Origin: Candidatus Aminicenantes bacterium
Lineage (GTDB): Bacteria; Acidobacteriota; Aminicenantia; Aminicenantales; Saccharicenantaceae
Direction of reading: 5' to 3'
Assembly: GCA_026393975.1 (NCBI GenBank)
Contig: JAPKZD010000012.1
Span: 27,007-91,006 of the forward strand
DNA length: 64,000 nt
This document shows positions 48,234-60,968 of this stretch, piece after piece; position 1 is the stretch's first letter; every line of letters starts with the position of its first letter. The notes beneath the pieces were generated by a model. That model saw only the letters and a list, made by a program, of their open reading frames with translations, made no database searches and had not been told where the DNA came from. Made by a program: the position numbers and the translations under genes.

Positions 48234-48325
48234 GGAGAGGTGGCCGAGTGGTTGAAGGCGACGGTCTCGAAAACCGTTATCTCGAGCGATTGGGATCGCG
48301 GGTTCGAATCCCGCCCTCTCCGCCA
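48234..48325 (+). tRNA. tRNA-Ser (anticodon CGA), type II with long variable arm, CCA-encoded
   Basis: Acceptor GGAGAGG/CCTCTCC, anticodon loop CTCGAAA, T-arm GCGGGTTCGAATCCCGC, discriminator G, then CCA. Confidence 0.85.
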
Positions 48326-48345
48326 TTGAAAATCAAAACGCACCC

Positions 48346-49380
48346 ATGAAAACCGTCCCTTTGATCGTCACGGGTTTCGGCAACGTCGGCCGGGCCTTCT
48401 TTTCGCTCTTGCGGGAAAAAAAGGAAGACCTCAAAAACCGTTACGGACTGGCGCTCGACGTCCTGGCCGTGGTCCAGGCGGAAGGCTGCTTCTATTCCGG
48501 CGGACCTCTCGAAGTCCGGCAAATTTCCCAGGGTGGGGAGCCCTGGACCTCCGACAACCCCTCCTGGCGCGCGGGGATGAAGGTCACGGACCTCATCGAA
48601 GAAACGGGGCCGGGCGGATGCCTCGTCGAATGCACGCTCTCCAACCGGGAGTCGGGAGAGCCCGGACTATCCTATATCACCGGCGCCTTTCACGGCGGCT
48701 GGCATGCCGTCGCCGCCAGCAAAGGGGCCTTGGTCGTCGGCTTCCGGGGACTCAAAGCTCTGGCCGCGGAGAACGGCGTGTTTCTCAAGTTCAGCGGAGC
48801 TACCGCGGCCGCCCTGCCGACCCTCGACGTCGGCCTCTTTTCCCTCGCCGGCGCCCGGATCGAGGGCATCCAGGGCATCCTCAACGGAACGACCAACTAC
48901 ATTCTGACACGCATGGGGGAAGGTCTGGACTATGCGGAAGCGCTGCAGGAGGCCCAGACCAGGGGGATTGCCGAACCCGACCCGGCCCACGACGTCGACG
49001 GCTGGGACACGGCCAGCAAGATCCTGATCATCACCAACGCCTGCCTCGACGCGGATTATGAGCTTAAGGACGTCCAGGTGCGCGGCCTCGCCGGGGTGTC
49101 TGTCGATTTCGTCCAGTCCGCCCGGAAGGAAGGGCGGTCCGTCAAGCTTTTGGCCACGGCCGCGCCCAAGAGGCAAGGCGGAAAATGGAGTCTCGACGTC
49201 AGGCCCTCTCTCATCGAGGCAACACATCCGCTCGCCAACGTCAACGGGACCGAGAAAGGGATCACGTTCCTCACGGACTCCATGGGCTCGGTGACGGTGA
49301 CGGGCGGGAGGTCCAACCCGCGCGGCGCCGCGGCCGCCCTCCTCAAGGACATCATCAACATTTACCGGCCCGCGTTCTAG
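48346..49380 (+). CDS. hom: homoserine dehydrogenase
   Basis: N-terminal VTGFGNVGRAF NAD(P) fold. Size and sequence typical of Hom. Confidence 0.75.
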   Translation: MKTVPLIVTGFGNVGRAFFSLLREKKEDLKNRYGLALDVLAVVQAEGCFYSGGPLEVRQISQGGEPWTSDNPSWRAGMKVTDLIEETGPGGCLVECTLSNRESGEPGLSYITGAFHGGWHAVAASKGALVVGFRGLKALAAENGVFLKFSGATAAALPTLDVGLFSLAGARIEGIQGILNGTTNYILTRMGEGLDYAEALQEAQTRGIAEPDPAHDVDGWDTASKILIITNACLDADYELKDVQVRGLAGVSVDFVQSARKEGRSVKLLATAAPKRQGGKWSLDVRPSLIEATHPLANVNGTEKGITFLTDSMGSVTVTGGRSNPRGAAAALLKDIINIYRPAF

Positions 49381-49463
49381 GAACCCGGCGCGCGTTGACC
49401 CGACGCGTCTTTTCTGATAACGTTACCGTCATCACAGTCCGTTGATTTTCGGACCAGAGGAGC

Positions 49464-49555
<92 letters not shown>

Positions 49556-49605
49556 TTCACGTGGCGAAGGAATAACGGGCGGATAAAAAACGAAGGAGAC
49601 AAAAC

Positions 49606-50811
49606 ATGGACAGCAAAGACCTCATCGTGGTGGAAGACCTTTACGGGGCCCACAACTACCATCCCCTCGACGTCGTTATCGGCAAAGCCCAGGGGATTTG
49701 GATGCATGACGTCGAAGGCCGCAAGTACCTCGATTGCCTGAGCGCCTACTCCGCCGTCAACCAGGGCCATCGGCATCCCCGGATCATCCGGGCCCTGGTC
49801 GAACAGTCCCGCAAGCTGACGTTGACCTCCCGGGCCTTCCGCAACGACCAGTGGCCCATGCTGGCCAAAGAGGTCTGTGAGATGACGGGCTACTCCATGG
49901 TCCTGCCCATGAATTCGGGCGCCGAAGCCGTCGAAACCGCCGTCAAGACGGCCCGCAAGTGGGCCTACCAGAAGAAGGGCGTCGCCCAGGACCGGGCGGA
50001 GATCATCGCCTGCGCCAACAACTTCCACGGCCGGACCGTCACCGTCATCAGCTTTTCGACAGAACCCCTCTACCGTCAGGATTTCGGCCCCTTCACGCCG
50101 GGTTTCACCATCATTCCCTTCGGGGACGCCGACGCCCTGGAGAAAGCCATCACGCCGAACACGGCCGCCTTTCTCGTCGAACCCATCCAGGCCGAAGCCG
50201 GTATCCTCATCCCGCCCGACGGGTTCCTCAAGAAAGCCGCCGAGATCTGCAAACGGAACAACGTCCTCTTCATCGCCGACGAGATCCAGACGGGGCTCGG
50301 CCGGGTGGGCAAGCTCTTCGCCTGTGAATTCGAGGGCGTGAGGCCCGACATGGTCGTCATCGGCAAGTCTTTGGGCGGCGGGTGCTATCCCGTCTCCGCG
50401 GTCCTGGCCGACCGGGAGATCCTCGGTGTCTTCAAGCCCGGGGAGCACGGCTCGACCTTCGGGGGGAACCCCCTCGGCTGCGCCGTGGCCCGGGAAAGCC
50501 TGCGCGTCATCCGGGACGAAAAGCTCGTCGAGAACGCGGCCGAGCGTGGCCGGTCCTTCATGGAGAAGCTGCGCAAGGTCCGCAGCCGGCACATCAAGGA
50601 GATCCGCGGCCGGGGACTTCTCATCGGCATCGAGCTTCATCCGGAGGCCGGGGGTGCGCGGCGCTTCTGCGAGGAACTGATGAAGGAAGGCCTCCTCTGC
50701 AAGGAAACCCACGACAACGTCATCCGCTTGGCTCCTCCGCTCATCATCAGGGAGAAGGATCTCAACTGGGCCCTCAAGCGCATAAAGACCGTATTCAAGA
50801 GGCTGGCCTGA
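49606..50811 (+). CDS. rocD: ornithine--oxo-acid aminotransferase (class III PLP aminotransferase)
   Basis: 401 aa. Class III aminotransferase layout with the PLP lysine in VVIGKSLGGG. Strong similarity to the OAT N-terminal region (DVEGRKYLDCLSAYSAVNQGHRHPRI). Confidence 0.7.
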   Translation: MDSKDLIVVEDLYGAHNYHPLDVVIGKAQGIWMHDVEGRKYLDCLSAYSAVNQGHRHPRIIRALVEQSRKLTLTSRAFRNDQWPMLAKEVCEMTGYSMVLPMNSGAEAVETAVKTARKWAYQKKGVAQDRAEIIACANNFHGRTVTVISFSTEPLYRQDFGPFTPGFTIIPFGDADALEKAITPNTAAFLVEPIQAEAGILIPPDGFLKKAAEICKRNNVLFIADEIQTGLGRVGKLFACEFEGVRPDMVVIGKSLGGGCYPVSAVLADREILGVFKPGEHGSTFGGNPLGCAVARESLRVIRDEKLVENAAERGRSFMEKLRKVRSRHIKEIRGRGLLIGIELHPEAGGARRFCEELMKEGLLCKETHDNVIRLAPPLIIREKDLNWALKRIKTVFKRLA

Positions 50812-50844
50812 ACCGGGCAGCCGGATAAGAGAAGGCCGAAAGAA

Positions 50845-51705
50845 CTAAGACGTCCGCCGTGCCCGGACCGTGGCGACGAGCGCGGCCGCCAGAACGACCG
50901 CTCCTCCCGAGACCGTTCTCAGGGAGGGGCTTTCTTTAAGGAAGAGTAGGGCGAGGAGGATGCCGTAAACCGGCTCGAGCGAGCTCAGAATGCTTGCCGT
51001 CCTGGCCCGGACATTCCTCATTCCGTCAATGAACAGGGTGTGGGCCCCCGCCGTGAAAAAAACGCCAAGTACGCCGATGAGCGCCCAGTCGCGCCCTGAG
51101 AGGGCGAGGTCGGCCCGGACGACGATCGGCAGCAGGAAGAAGGCGGCGAAGAGGTCCTGGTAGAAGGCCACGGCCAGGCTCGACTGCCGCAAGGCCAGGA
51201 CCCGATTGAGAACCGACAGCACCGAAAATGTCAGCCCCGCCCCAAGCCCCCAGAGGACGCCGCGGACGACGGCGTCGGCCAGGTCGAAGCGGGGAATGAT
51301 CAGGCCTATGCCCAGGGCGCAGAGGAGGGCAAAGACAAGGCTCGCCGGGTCCCAGCGTTCCCTCGTCAGAAGCGGTTCCAGAAAGACCGTGAAGACCGGA
51401 AAACTCGCATAAGCGAGGAGGCCGACGGCCACCGAGGAGACCTGGACGGCCTTGAAGAACATCGTCCAATGGGCGGCCAGGGCGAGCCCGCAGACGGCGA
51501 GGAGGATCAGGTCCCGGCGCGGGACGATCCGGAACGAACGCCGTCCGAAGCCCATAACCGCGAGGAGCGCCAGGGAAGCAAAAAGGACCCTACCGAAAAC
51601 GATGACGGGAGGGGAGAGGGCGAGCCATTTCCCGAATAGTCCCGGGAAGCCGAACAGGAAGACGGCCAGGTGGATCTCGAGAAGGCTGCGGGAGCGCGCT
51701 CGCAC
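50845..51705 (-). CDS. EamA/DMT-superfamily transporter
   Basis: 286 aa, 10 TM in two repeats. Confidence 0.6.
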   Translation of the reverse strand: MRARSRSLLEIHLAVFLFGFPGLFGKWLALSPPVIVFGRVLFASLALLAVMGFGRRSFRIVPRRDLILLAVCGLALAAHWTMFFKAVQVSSVAVGLLAYASFPVFTVFLEPLLTRERWDPASLVFALLCALGIGLIIPRFDLADAVVRGVLWGLGAGLTFSVLSVLNRVLALRQSSLAVAFYQDLFAAFFLLPIVVRADLALSGRDWALIGVLGVFFTAGAHTLFIDGMRNVRARTASILSSLEPVYGILLALLFLKESPSLRTVSGGAVVLAAALVATVRARRTS

Positions 51706-51727
51706 GGGCGCATTATATTCCTTTTCC

Positions 51728-51755
51728 TTGAATTTTGACCGGTTTGTGCTAAGAT
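51728..51755 (+). promoter_or_regulatory. candidate sigma70-type promoter for dnaX in an unusually AT-rich spacer
   Basis: TTGAAT (51728-51733), 16 nt, TAAGAT (51750-51755). About 60 nt upstream of the dnaX ATG. Confidence 0.3.
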
Positions 51756-51816
51756 AAACTTTACTTTTTAGGGAAAACGGCGGGTTTTCCCGCCCGTCTT
51801 CAGACGGCCGAAACTC

Positions 51817-53538
51817 ATGTCATATAAGATATTCGCCCGGAAATACAGACCGCAGGCCTTCGAAGAGGTCATCGGGCAGAAGTCCGTCGTCCGGACGATC
51901 CAGAACGCCATTCAGACGGGCCGGGTCTCCCAGGCCTACCTCTTCTCGGGGATGAGGGGGACGGGGAAGACGTCGATGGCCCGCATCCTGGCCAGGGCTC
52001 TGAACTGCGCCAACGGCCCGACCGCGAACCCCTGTAAGATCGAAGACAAGGACCCCGCAGACGACAAGAACAAGCCCTGCGACTATTGCGCGGCCATCAG
52101 CGAGGACAGGGCGATCGACGTCCTGGAGATCGACGGCGCCTCCAACCGGGGCATCGAAGAGATCCGGGCCCTTCGCGAGTCGCTGAAGTACAAGGCGATC
52201 TACACCCGCTACAAGGTCGTCATCATCGACGAGGTCCACCAGATCACGAAGGAAGGCTTCAACGCCCTTCTCAAGACCCTCGAAGAGCCTCCGCCGAACA
52301 CGGTCTTCATCTTCGCGACGACGGAGTTCAACAAGGTCCCGGCGACGATCGTTTCGCGGTGCCAGCACTTCGAGTTCCGCAAGATCTCCCACAAGGACAT
52401 CATCAACCACCTCGTGGAGATCGCCAAGAAGGAAGCGATCACGATCACCCCCGCCAGCCTGGCCCTGATCGCCGAGGCCGCCGATGGGAGCATGCGGGAC
52501 GCCCAGAGCCTGCTCGACCAGGCCGTGGCCTTCAGCGGCGAGAACATCGGCGACGAGGACCTCAAGACGATCCTCGGGACGATCGGACAGGACGTGCTCT
52601 TCCGGTCCTCGACGGCCGTCCTCGAGGAAAAGCCGGAGGACGTTTTCCCCCTGGTCGAGAGCGTCGTCGCCGCCGGCTACGACCTCCGCTTCCTCTTTGG
52701 CAAGCTCATCGAGCATTTCCGGGCGCTCCTGCTCGTCCGCTCCGTGGAGAAACCGGAAGATCTGCTCCTCGCGAGCGCGGAAGAACTCCAGGCCCTGCGC
52801 GTCCAGGCCTCGAAGGCCACGGCCGAGGACCTTCTCCGCTACCTTCTCGCCCTCCAGCAGGCCGAGGCCGGCTTGAAGTACTCGGCCATGCCCCGGATCT
52901 ACCTCGAAGCCTTCCTCATAAAGCTCTGCCACTTTCGCAAGATCGTACCTCTCCAGGAGCTCATCCGGGACGTGGAGTCGCTCAAGAAGGAGCCCCAGCG
53001 GACGCTTCCCAAGTCCCCTGGGGCTTCTCCGGCCGGCGCCCCCTCCGCCAGGGGCACGGGACATCCGCTCCCGGCCGGAGACCCGCTGGGAGGCCCCTCT
53101 TCGGCGGCCAAAACCGCTCCTCCGCCCCAGAAAGACGTCTTCAAGCGTGTCCTCGAAAAGCTGGCGACAGACAGGGCCCCGCTGGCCGCCCTCCTGGCTC
53201 AGTATTCGTCGGTCATGGTCAAGGACAACGTCCTCGAGGTCTTTTTCGCGAGCGGCAGGGGCTTTTTCGTCACGAGCATCCAGGAAAAGGACATCCGGGC
53301 GGTCGAGCGGGCGGCCTCGGAAGTGCTGGGCCGTGAGACGAAGGTCCGCTTCGCGGAGGAGAACGCCACCGACGGCGGCCCCATCCGGCCGGGCCGGGAG
53401 CTCGAGACGGCCCTCAAGGACCCTGCCGTGCAGTTCTTCATGAACACCTTCAAGGCCCAGGTCCTTTCGGCCGACCCCATTCCGGCCTCGCGCGAGGCCG
53501 GACCCAAGGGGGGCGGTCCCACGGAGAACGGAACATGA
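51817..53538 (+). CDS. dnaX: DNA polymerase III subunits gamma/tau
   Basis: Walker A GMRGTGKTS, Zn module CxxC, and an SRC motif region. 573 aa. Confidence 0.85.
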   Translation: MSYKIFARKYRPQAFEEVIGQKSVVRTIQNAIQTGRVSQAYLFSGMRGTGKTSMARILARALNCANGPTANPCKIEDKDPADDKNKPCDYCAAISEDRAIDVLEIDGASNRGIEEIRALRESLKYKAIYTRYKVVIIDEVHQITKEGFNALLKTLEEPPPNTVFIFATTEFNKVPATIVSRCQHFEFRKISHKDIINHLVEIAKKEAITITPASLALIAEAADGSMRDAQSLLDQAVAFSGENIGDEDLKTILGTIGQDVLFRSSTAVLEEKPEDVFPLVESVVAAGYDLRFLFGKLIEHFRALLLVRSVEKPEDLLLASAEELQALRVQASKATAEDLLRYLLALQQAEAGLKYSAMPRIYLEAFLIKLCHFRKIVPLQELIRDVESLKKEPQRTLPKSPGASPAGAPSARGTGHPLPAGDPLGGPSSAAKTAPPPQKDVFKRVLEKLATDRAPLAALLAQYSSVMVKDNVLEVFFASGRGFFVTSIQEKDIRAVERAASEVLGRETKVRFAEENATDGGPIRPGRELETALKDPAVQFFMNTFKAQVLSADPIPASREAGPKGGGPTENGT

Positions 53539-53846
53539 AAAACGTCATGGACCTCCAGAAAATGCTGAAAACGGCCAAAGAGATGCAGGATCGGCTCCAG
53601 AAGGAGCTCGCGGCCCTGCGCGTCGAGGGGTCGAGCGGCGGCGGCATGGTCAGTCTCGTCCTCGACGGCCACAAGGCCCTGCAGTCCATCCGCATCGAGC
53701 CGGAGGTCGCCGACAAGAACGAGATCGAAATGCTCCAAGACCTGATCGTCGCGGCTTTCAACGACGCGGCGGCCAAGGTTGACGAGGCGTTGGCCCAGAA
53801 GCTGGGTGGCTTGGGCGGCGGTCTCAAGATCCCTGGGTTGTCCTGA
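53535..53846 (+). CDS. ybaB: nucleoid-associated protein YbaB/EbfC
   Basis: 103 aa. ATGA overlap with dnaX. Conserved dnaX-ybaB-recR order. Confidence 0.8.
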   Translation: MKNVMDLQKMLKTAKEMQDRLQKELAALRVEGSSGGGMVSLVLDGHKALQSIRIEPEVADKNEIEMLQDLIVAAFNDAAAKVDEALAQKLGGLGGGLKIPGLS

Positions 53847-54451
53847 TGTTCGAATACGCCCAGCCCCTGCACGCGCTCATCGAGGAACTGCGGCGGATTC
53901 CCGGCATCGGAGCCAAGACCGCCCAGCGCATCGCTTTCTATTTCCTCGGGCTCCCGACTGAGGACGCCGACCGGCTGGCCGAGGCCATCCGGGAGGCCAA
54001 GAGGAAGATCTTCTACTGCGGGCGCTGCAACAACATCACCCACGTCGAGCCCTGCCTGATCTGCTCCGACCCCCACCGGTCCGACGAGTCCATGTGCATC
54101 GTCGAGGAGCCGTTCAACATCTCCTCGATCGAGAAGACGGGCGCCTACAGCGGACGATACCACGTCCTCCTGGGCGCCCTCTCGCCGCTCAAGGGCCGCG
54201 GACCCGACGAGCTCCGGCTGGGGAAACTCGTTAAGAGGATCGAAGAGGGCGCCTTCAAGGAGATCATCATCGCCACCAACCCGACGGTGGAAGGGGAGGC
54301 CACGGCCCTCTATCTTCACCGGGTCCTCAAGGCTTTCGGGATACGGATCACCCGCCTGGCCATGGGTCTGCCGGTGGGCTCGGACCTCGATTTCGCCGAC
54401 CAGGTGACCATCAAGAAAGCCCTGGAGGGCCGGACTGAGCTCAAGGAATAG
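53846..54451 (+). CDS. recR: recombination protein RecR
   Basis: HhH motif (IPGIGAKTAQRIAF), C4 zinc finger CGRCNNITHVEPCLICSD, and Toprim domain. Confidence 0.85.
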   Translation: MFEYAQPLHALIEELRRIPGIGAKTAQRIAFYFLGLPTEDADRLAEAIREAKRKIFYCGRCNNITHVEPCLICSDPHRSDESMCIVEEPFNISSIEKTGAYSGRYHVLLGALSPLKGRGPDELRLGKLVKRIEEGAFKEIIIATNPTVEGEATALYLHRVLKAFGIRITRLAMGLPVGSDLDFADQVTIKKALEGRTELKE

Positions 54452-54497
54452 CACGACACGTCACGAACGGCGTTCGATCATAATGAAGGAGGTTGAC

Positions 54498-58013
<3,516 letters not shown>

Positions 58014-58030
58014 GCGAGGGCGGTACCGCC

Positions 58031-59350
58031 CTATCGGATCGTCGAACCGGCCGGTTCCGGCCCGACGGTGACGCGGAGCGACCGGTCGGGGCTGAGGGCC
58101 TCGCGGATAAACGCGTTCATGTCCACGAGCGTCACCGCGTCGAGGGCCGCGAAGATGCCCGAGAGGTGTTCGTAGCCCAGCCCGAGGACCTCGAAGAGTC
58201 CGACGGCCCGCAGGCGCGGCGCCTTAGCTTCCGTCGACCTGAGGAAACTGGCCCTGGCCATTGTTTCGGCCGTCCGGAGCTCTTCCTCTGTGATCCCTTT
58301 ATCCTGGAGGTCGGCGAGAGTCCGGTCGAGCGCCTCTGACGCCCGGGAGCTCTTGGCGTTCTCCGTCTCAAGGTAGGCCTCGAGGATGCCTGAGCTTTTC
58401 GTCCAAGTCAGCTCGGCGTCGACGCTGTAGGCCAGCTTCTCGGTCATCCGCAGTCCCCAGAGCCGCGAACCGGGGCCCTTGCCGAGGAGGGTTTCGAGCA
58501 GGTATCCCTTGGCCTGGTTGGGCGCGTCCGGAGCTGGAAGAAGGTAGGCCCGGCCGACATAGGTCTGCTTCGAATCTTTGGTCAGGGCGATATCGCGGAT
58601 CGAGGGAAGGGCCGGGGAGACGATGGGAATGCTGACGTCTTCCCCGTCCGGGAATCCGGCGAAATATTTCTCGAGAAGCGCCCGAACCGGCGCTCTATCG
58701 AGGTCCGTGGTAACGCAGAAAAGCAACCCCTTCTTGGTGAAAAACCGGCGATAGAAGGCGACGGCGTCCTTCCTGTCGATGGCCCTGAGGCTTTTCTCCG
58801 TCCCGTAGACCGCGGTCCCGTAGCCGACCCCGGGGAAAAAGACCTTCATGACGGCGTTATGGGCGGCGACGGTGGATTCGTCCTCCTCGGACCGCCCGTA
58901 GAGCTTCATCATCTCCTTGGTCCGGCCGATCCGGAGACTCGTGATGAGGGGGTCCTGGATGATCTTGCCGGCGACGCGGAGGGCTTCTTCGAGGTTTTCG
59001 GACAGGCACTCGATGAGGACGGCCGAGAAGTCCTCCGAGCAGAGAAGGCTCAACCGGGTCGCCTGGGACATGAGGTCCTGGACCATGCCTTCGTCGGGGA
59101 TCTCGAGGGTCAGGCGCGTCGTGAGGTAGGCCAACCCGTCGAGACCCAGGGGCACGGCCGACTTGCCCCCCGAAGCGAACAGCCCAACGACCGTCGTCGG
59201 CGAGCTCTGGTCCTTCTGGTAAACGCAGGGGAGGCCGGTCGTCAGCGTGAATTTTTCGGGGCGCTCCTTCCAGGACACTCCCGGGGTTCCGGAGGACCCT
59301 GCGGCCATCAGGAGTCCGGCGCACGACCAGAGAAGCCAGGCCACTCTCAT
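58031..59350 (-). CDS. M16-family peptidase, non-catalytic (inactive) subunit, secreted
   Basis: 439 aa. Signal peptide. M16 fold but no HxxEH motif. 4-nt overlap with the upstream active partner. Confidence 0.65.
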   Translation of the reverse strand: MRVAWLLWSCAGLLMAAGSSGTPGVSWKERPEKFTLTTGLPCVYQKDQSSPTTVVGLFASGGKSAVPLGLDGLAYLTTRLTLEIPDEGMVQDLMSQATRLSLLCSEDFSAVLIECLSENLEEALRVAGKIIQDPLITSLRIGRTKEMMKLYGRSEEDESTVAAHNAVMKVFFPGVGYGTAVYGTEKSLRAIDRKDAVAFYRRFFTKKGLLFCVTTDLDRAPVRALLEKYFAGFPDGEDVSIPIVSPALPSIRDIALTKDSKQTYVGRAYLLPAPDAPNQAKGYLLETLLGKGPGSRLWGLRMTEKLAYSVDAELTWTKSSGILEAYLETENAKSSRASEALDRTLADLQDKGITEEELRTAETMARASFLRSTEAKAPRLRAVGLFEVLGLGYEHLSGIFAALDAVTLVDMNAFIREALSPDRSLRVTVGPEPAGSTIR

Positions 59351-60711
59351 TGCTTTTCGCCCTTCCGCGGGACGATGGAAACGGCGGCGTATTCGCCCTT
59401 CCCGAGGTACCTGGCCGCTGTTTTTCTGAGGTCGCTCGAATCGACCCTTCCGATCTCATCCAGGTATCGCCCGGGTTTTTCGCGCGTGTTGAGAAGGAGG
59501 TGCCTGGCCATCGAGCCGGCCAGCTGCAGCCCGGACTCTTCGGCTTGCCCCACGGCGAACCGGATCTGGTTCTTGGCGCTCTCCAGATAGTCGAAGGCGG
59601 ACATTTCGGCCTCGCCCATGAAATCCTTTTTCGAATAGGCCTCGTTATGGGCCCGCTTGAGATAGCCCACGGCCGCCCGCTGGACCGCCGCCATGTCCTT
59701 GGGATCCATCTTGATGGAGACGACGGCGGCTCCTCCGAACCGGAAAGCGAGATAGGACATGGAAACGGTTTGGACGGAACCGCGCTCTCCGCGGAGCAGG
59801 GCGGGGAGAAGAGGGTTGACCCCGCGGCCGAGAACTTCCACCAGCACGTTCATGGCGTACTGATCGGCATGGTTGTAGTCCGGGGCCACGAAACCGAGAA
59901 AAACGTAGCCTTCCTTGACATCGCGCTCGAAACGCTGGGACACGCTCTTCTTCAAGGGGACGGCCATCGGCAGCGGCTCGAACCGGAGCCCGGTTTTCGG
60001 GAGCGGGCCGAAAACATCCCGGACCAGCCGCTCCATGTCGGCCGTCGCGAAATCGCCGACGACGGCCAGGGCGCAATTGTCGGCAACGAAATATTTCCGG
60101 TAAAAGCCGAGCACCCCCTCGACCGTGGCCGTCCGGATGACCTCCCGCCGTCCGTAAACCGAACGTCCGTAAGGGTGTCCGGGGAACAGGGCCTGGAGGA
60201 CGAGGTCGACCGCATTTCGCTGCGGGTCGTCCTCCATCTGGTTGTACTCTTCGAGGAGGACTTCCTTCTCCTCGTCGAGTTCGGTCTGGCTCAAGTCGAG
60301 CCCGAAGAGGATGTCCTTCTGGTTCCGGAGCGCGAATTCGGCGTGCTCGGCAGGAAGCGAGATCTCGAAAAGGGACAGATCCTGTCCCGTGTTGGCGTTA
60401 AAATAGGCCCCGTGACGGCGGATGTCGGCGCTGACCTCGGCTCCGGAACGGACGGATGTCCCCCGGAAGAGGATACAATGCTCGAGCAGGTGGACGAGGC
60501 CGTTCGTTTCGTCGGTTTCGTTCTTGGAACCGACGTCGAAACCGGTGACGACGTGGAGGAGGGGCAGGTCGCGTTTTTCATAGAGGAAAACGCGCATGCC
60601 GTTGTCGAGGACGAAGTACTTGCCCGGGTTCTCAGGGCCCGCGGCGAGAAGCAGAGCGGCACTCATCACACCCGCCAAGAGCCCGGCGGTCATGGTCAGG
60701 GAGTTCCGCAT
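59347..60711 (-). CDS. M16-family zinc peptidase (pitrilysin/insulinase-like), catalytic subunit, secreted
   Basis: Inverted zinc motif HLLEH (LVHLLEHCILFRG). Start moved to ATG 60711 (MRNSLTMTAGLLAGVMSAALLLAAG signal peptide). The track ORF extends to 60858. Confidence 0.65.
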   Translation of the reverse strand: MRNSLTMTAGLLAGVMSAALLLAAGPENPGKYFVLDNGMRVFLYEKRDLPLLHVVTGFDVGSKNETDETNGLVHLLEHCILFRGTSVRSGAEVSADIRRHGAYFNANTGQDLSLFEISLPAEHAEFALRNQKDILFGLDLSQTELDEEKEVLLEEYNQMEDDPQRNAVDLVLQALFPGHPYGRSVYGRREVIRTATVEGVLGFYRKYFVADNCALAVVGDFATADMERLVRDVFGPLPKTGLRFEPLPMAVPLKKSVSQRFERDVKEGYVFLGFVAPDYNHADQYAMNVLVEVLGRGVNPLLPALLRGERGSVQTVSMSYLAFRFGGAAVVSIKMDPKDMAAVQRAAVGYLKRAHNEAYSKKDFMGEAEMSAFDYLESAKNQIRFAVGQAEESGLQLAGSMARHLLLNTREKPGRYLDEIGRVDSSDLRKTAARYLGKGEYAAVSIVPRKGEKQ

Positions 60712-60968
60712 GTTCCTGCCCACCGTTACGCTATCCCGCAAATCCCATGCCAGTCTAGCATAAACGCAGAACGTCCACCAACAGCGGCCGGGACCCCGGG
60801 CTTTGCAGTCCTCATGCGCGAAGCGATGAGGGCGGCCTTGCCAGGACCGGGGGTCCAACTTCCGCTGCGAAGGCTCGTCCCTTGACCGTCACCCGTCCAG
60901 ATTAGATTGGCCCTTTTTGCCCCGGGCGGGAGAGTGTGCTAAAATTGGAGAAAGAGGCAAGCAGGATA

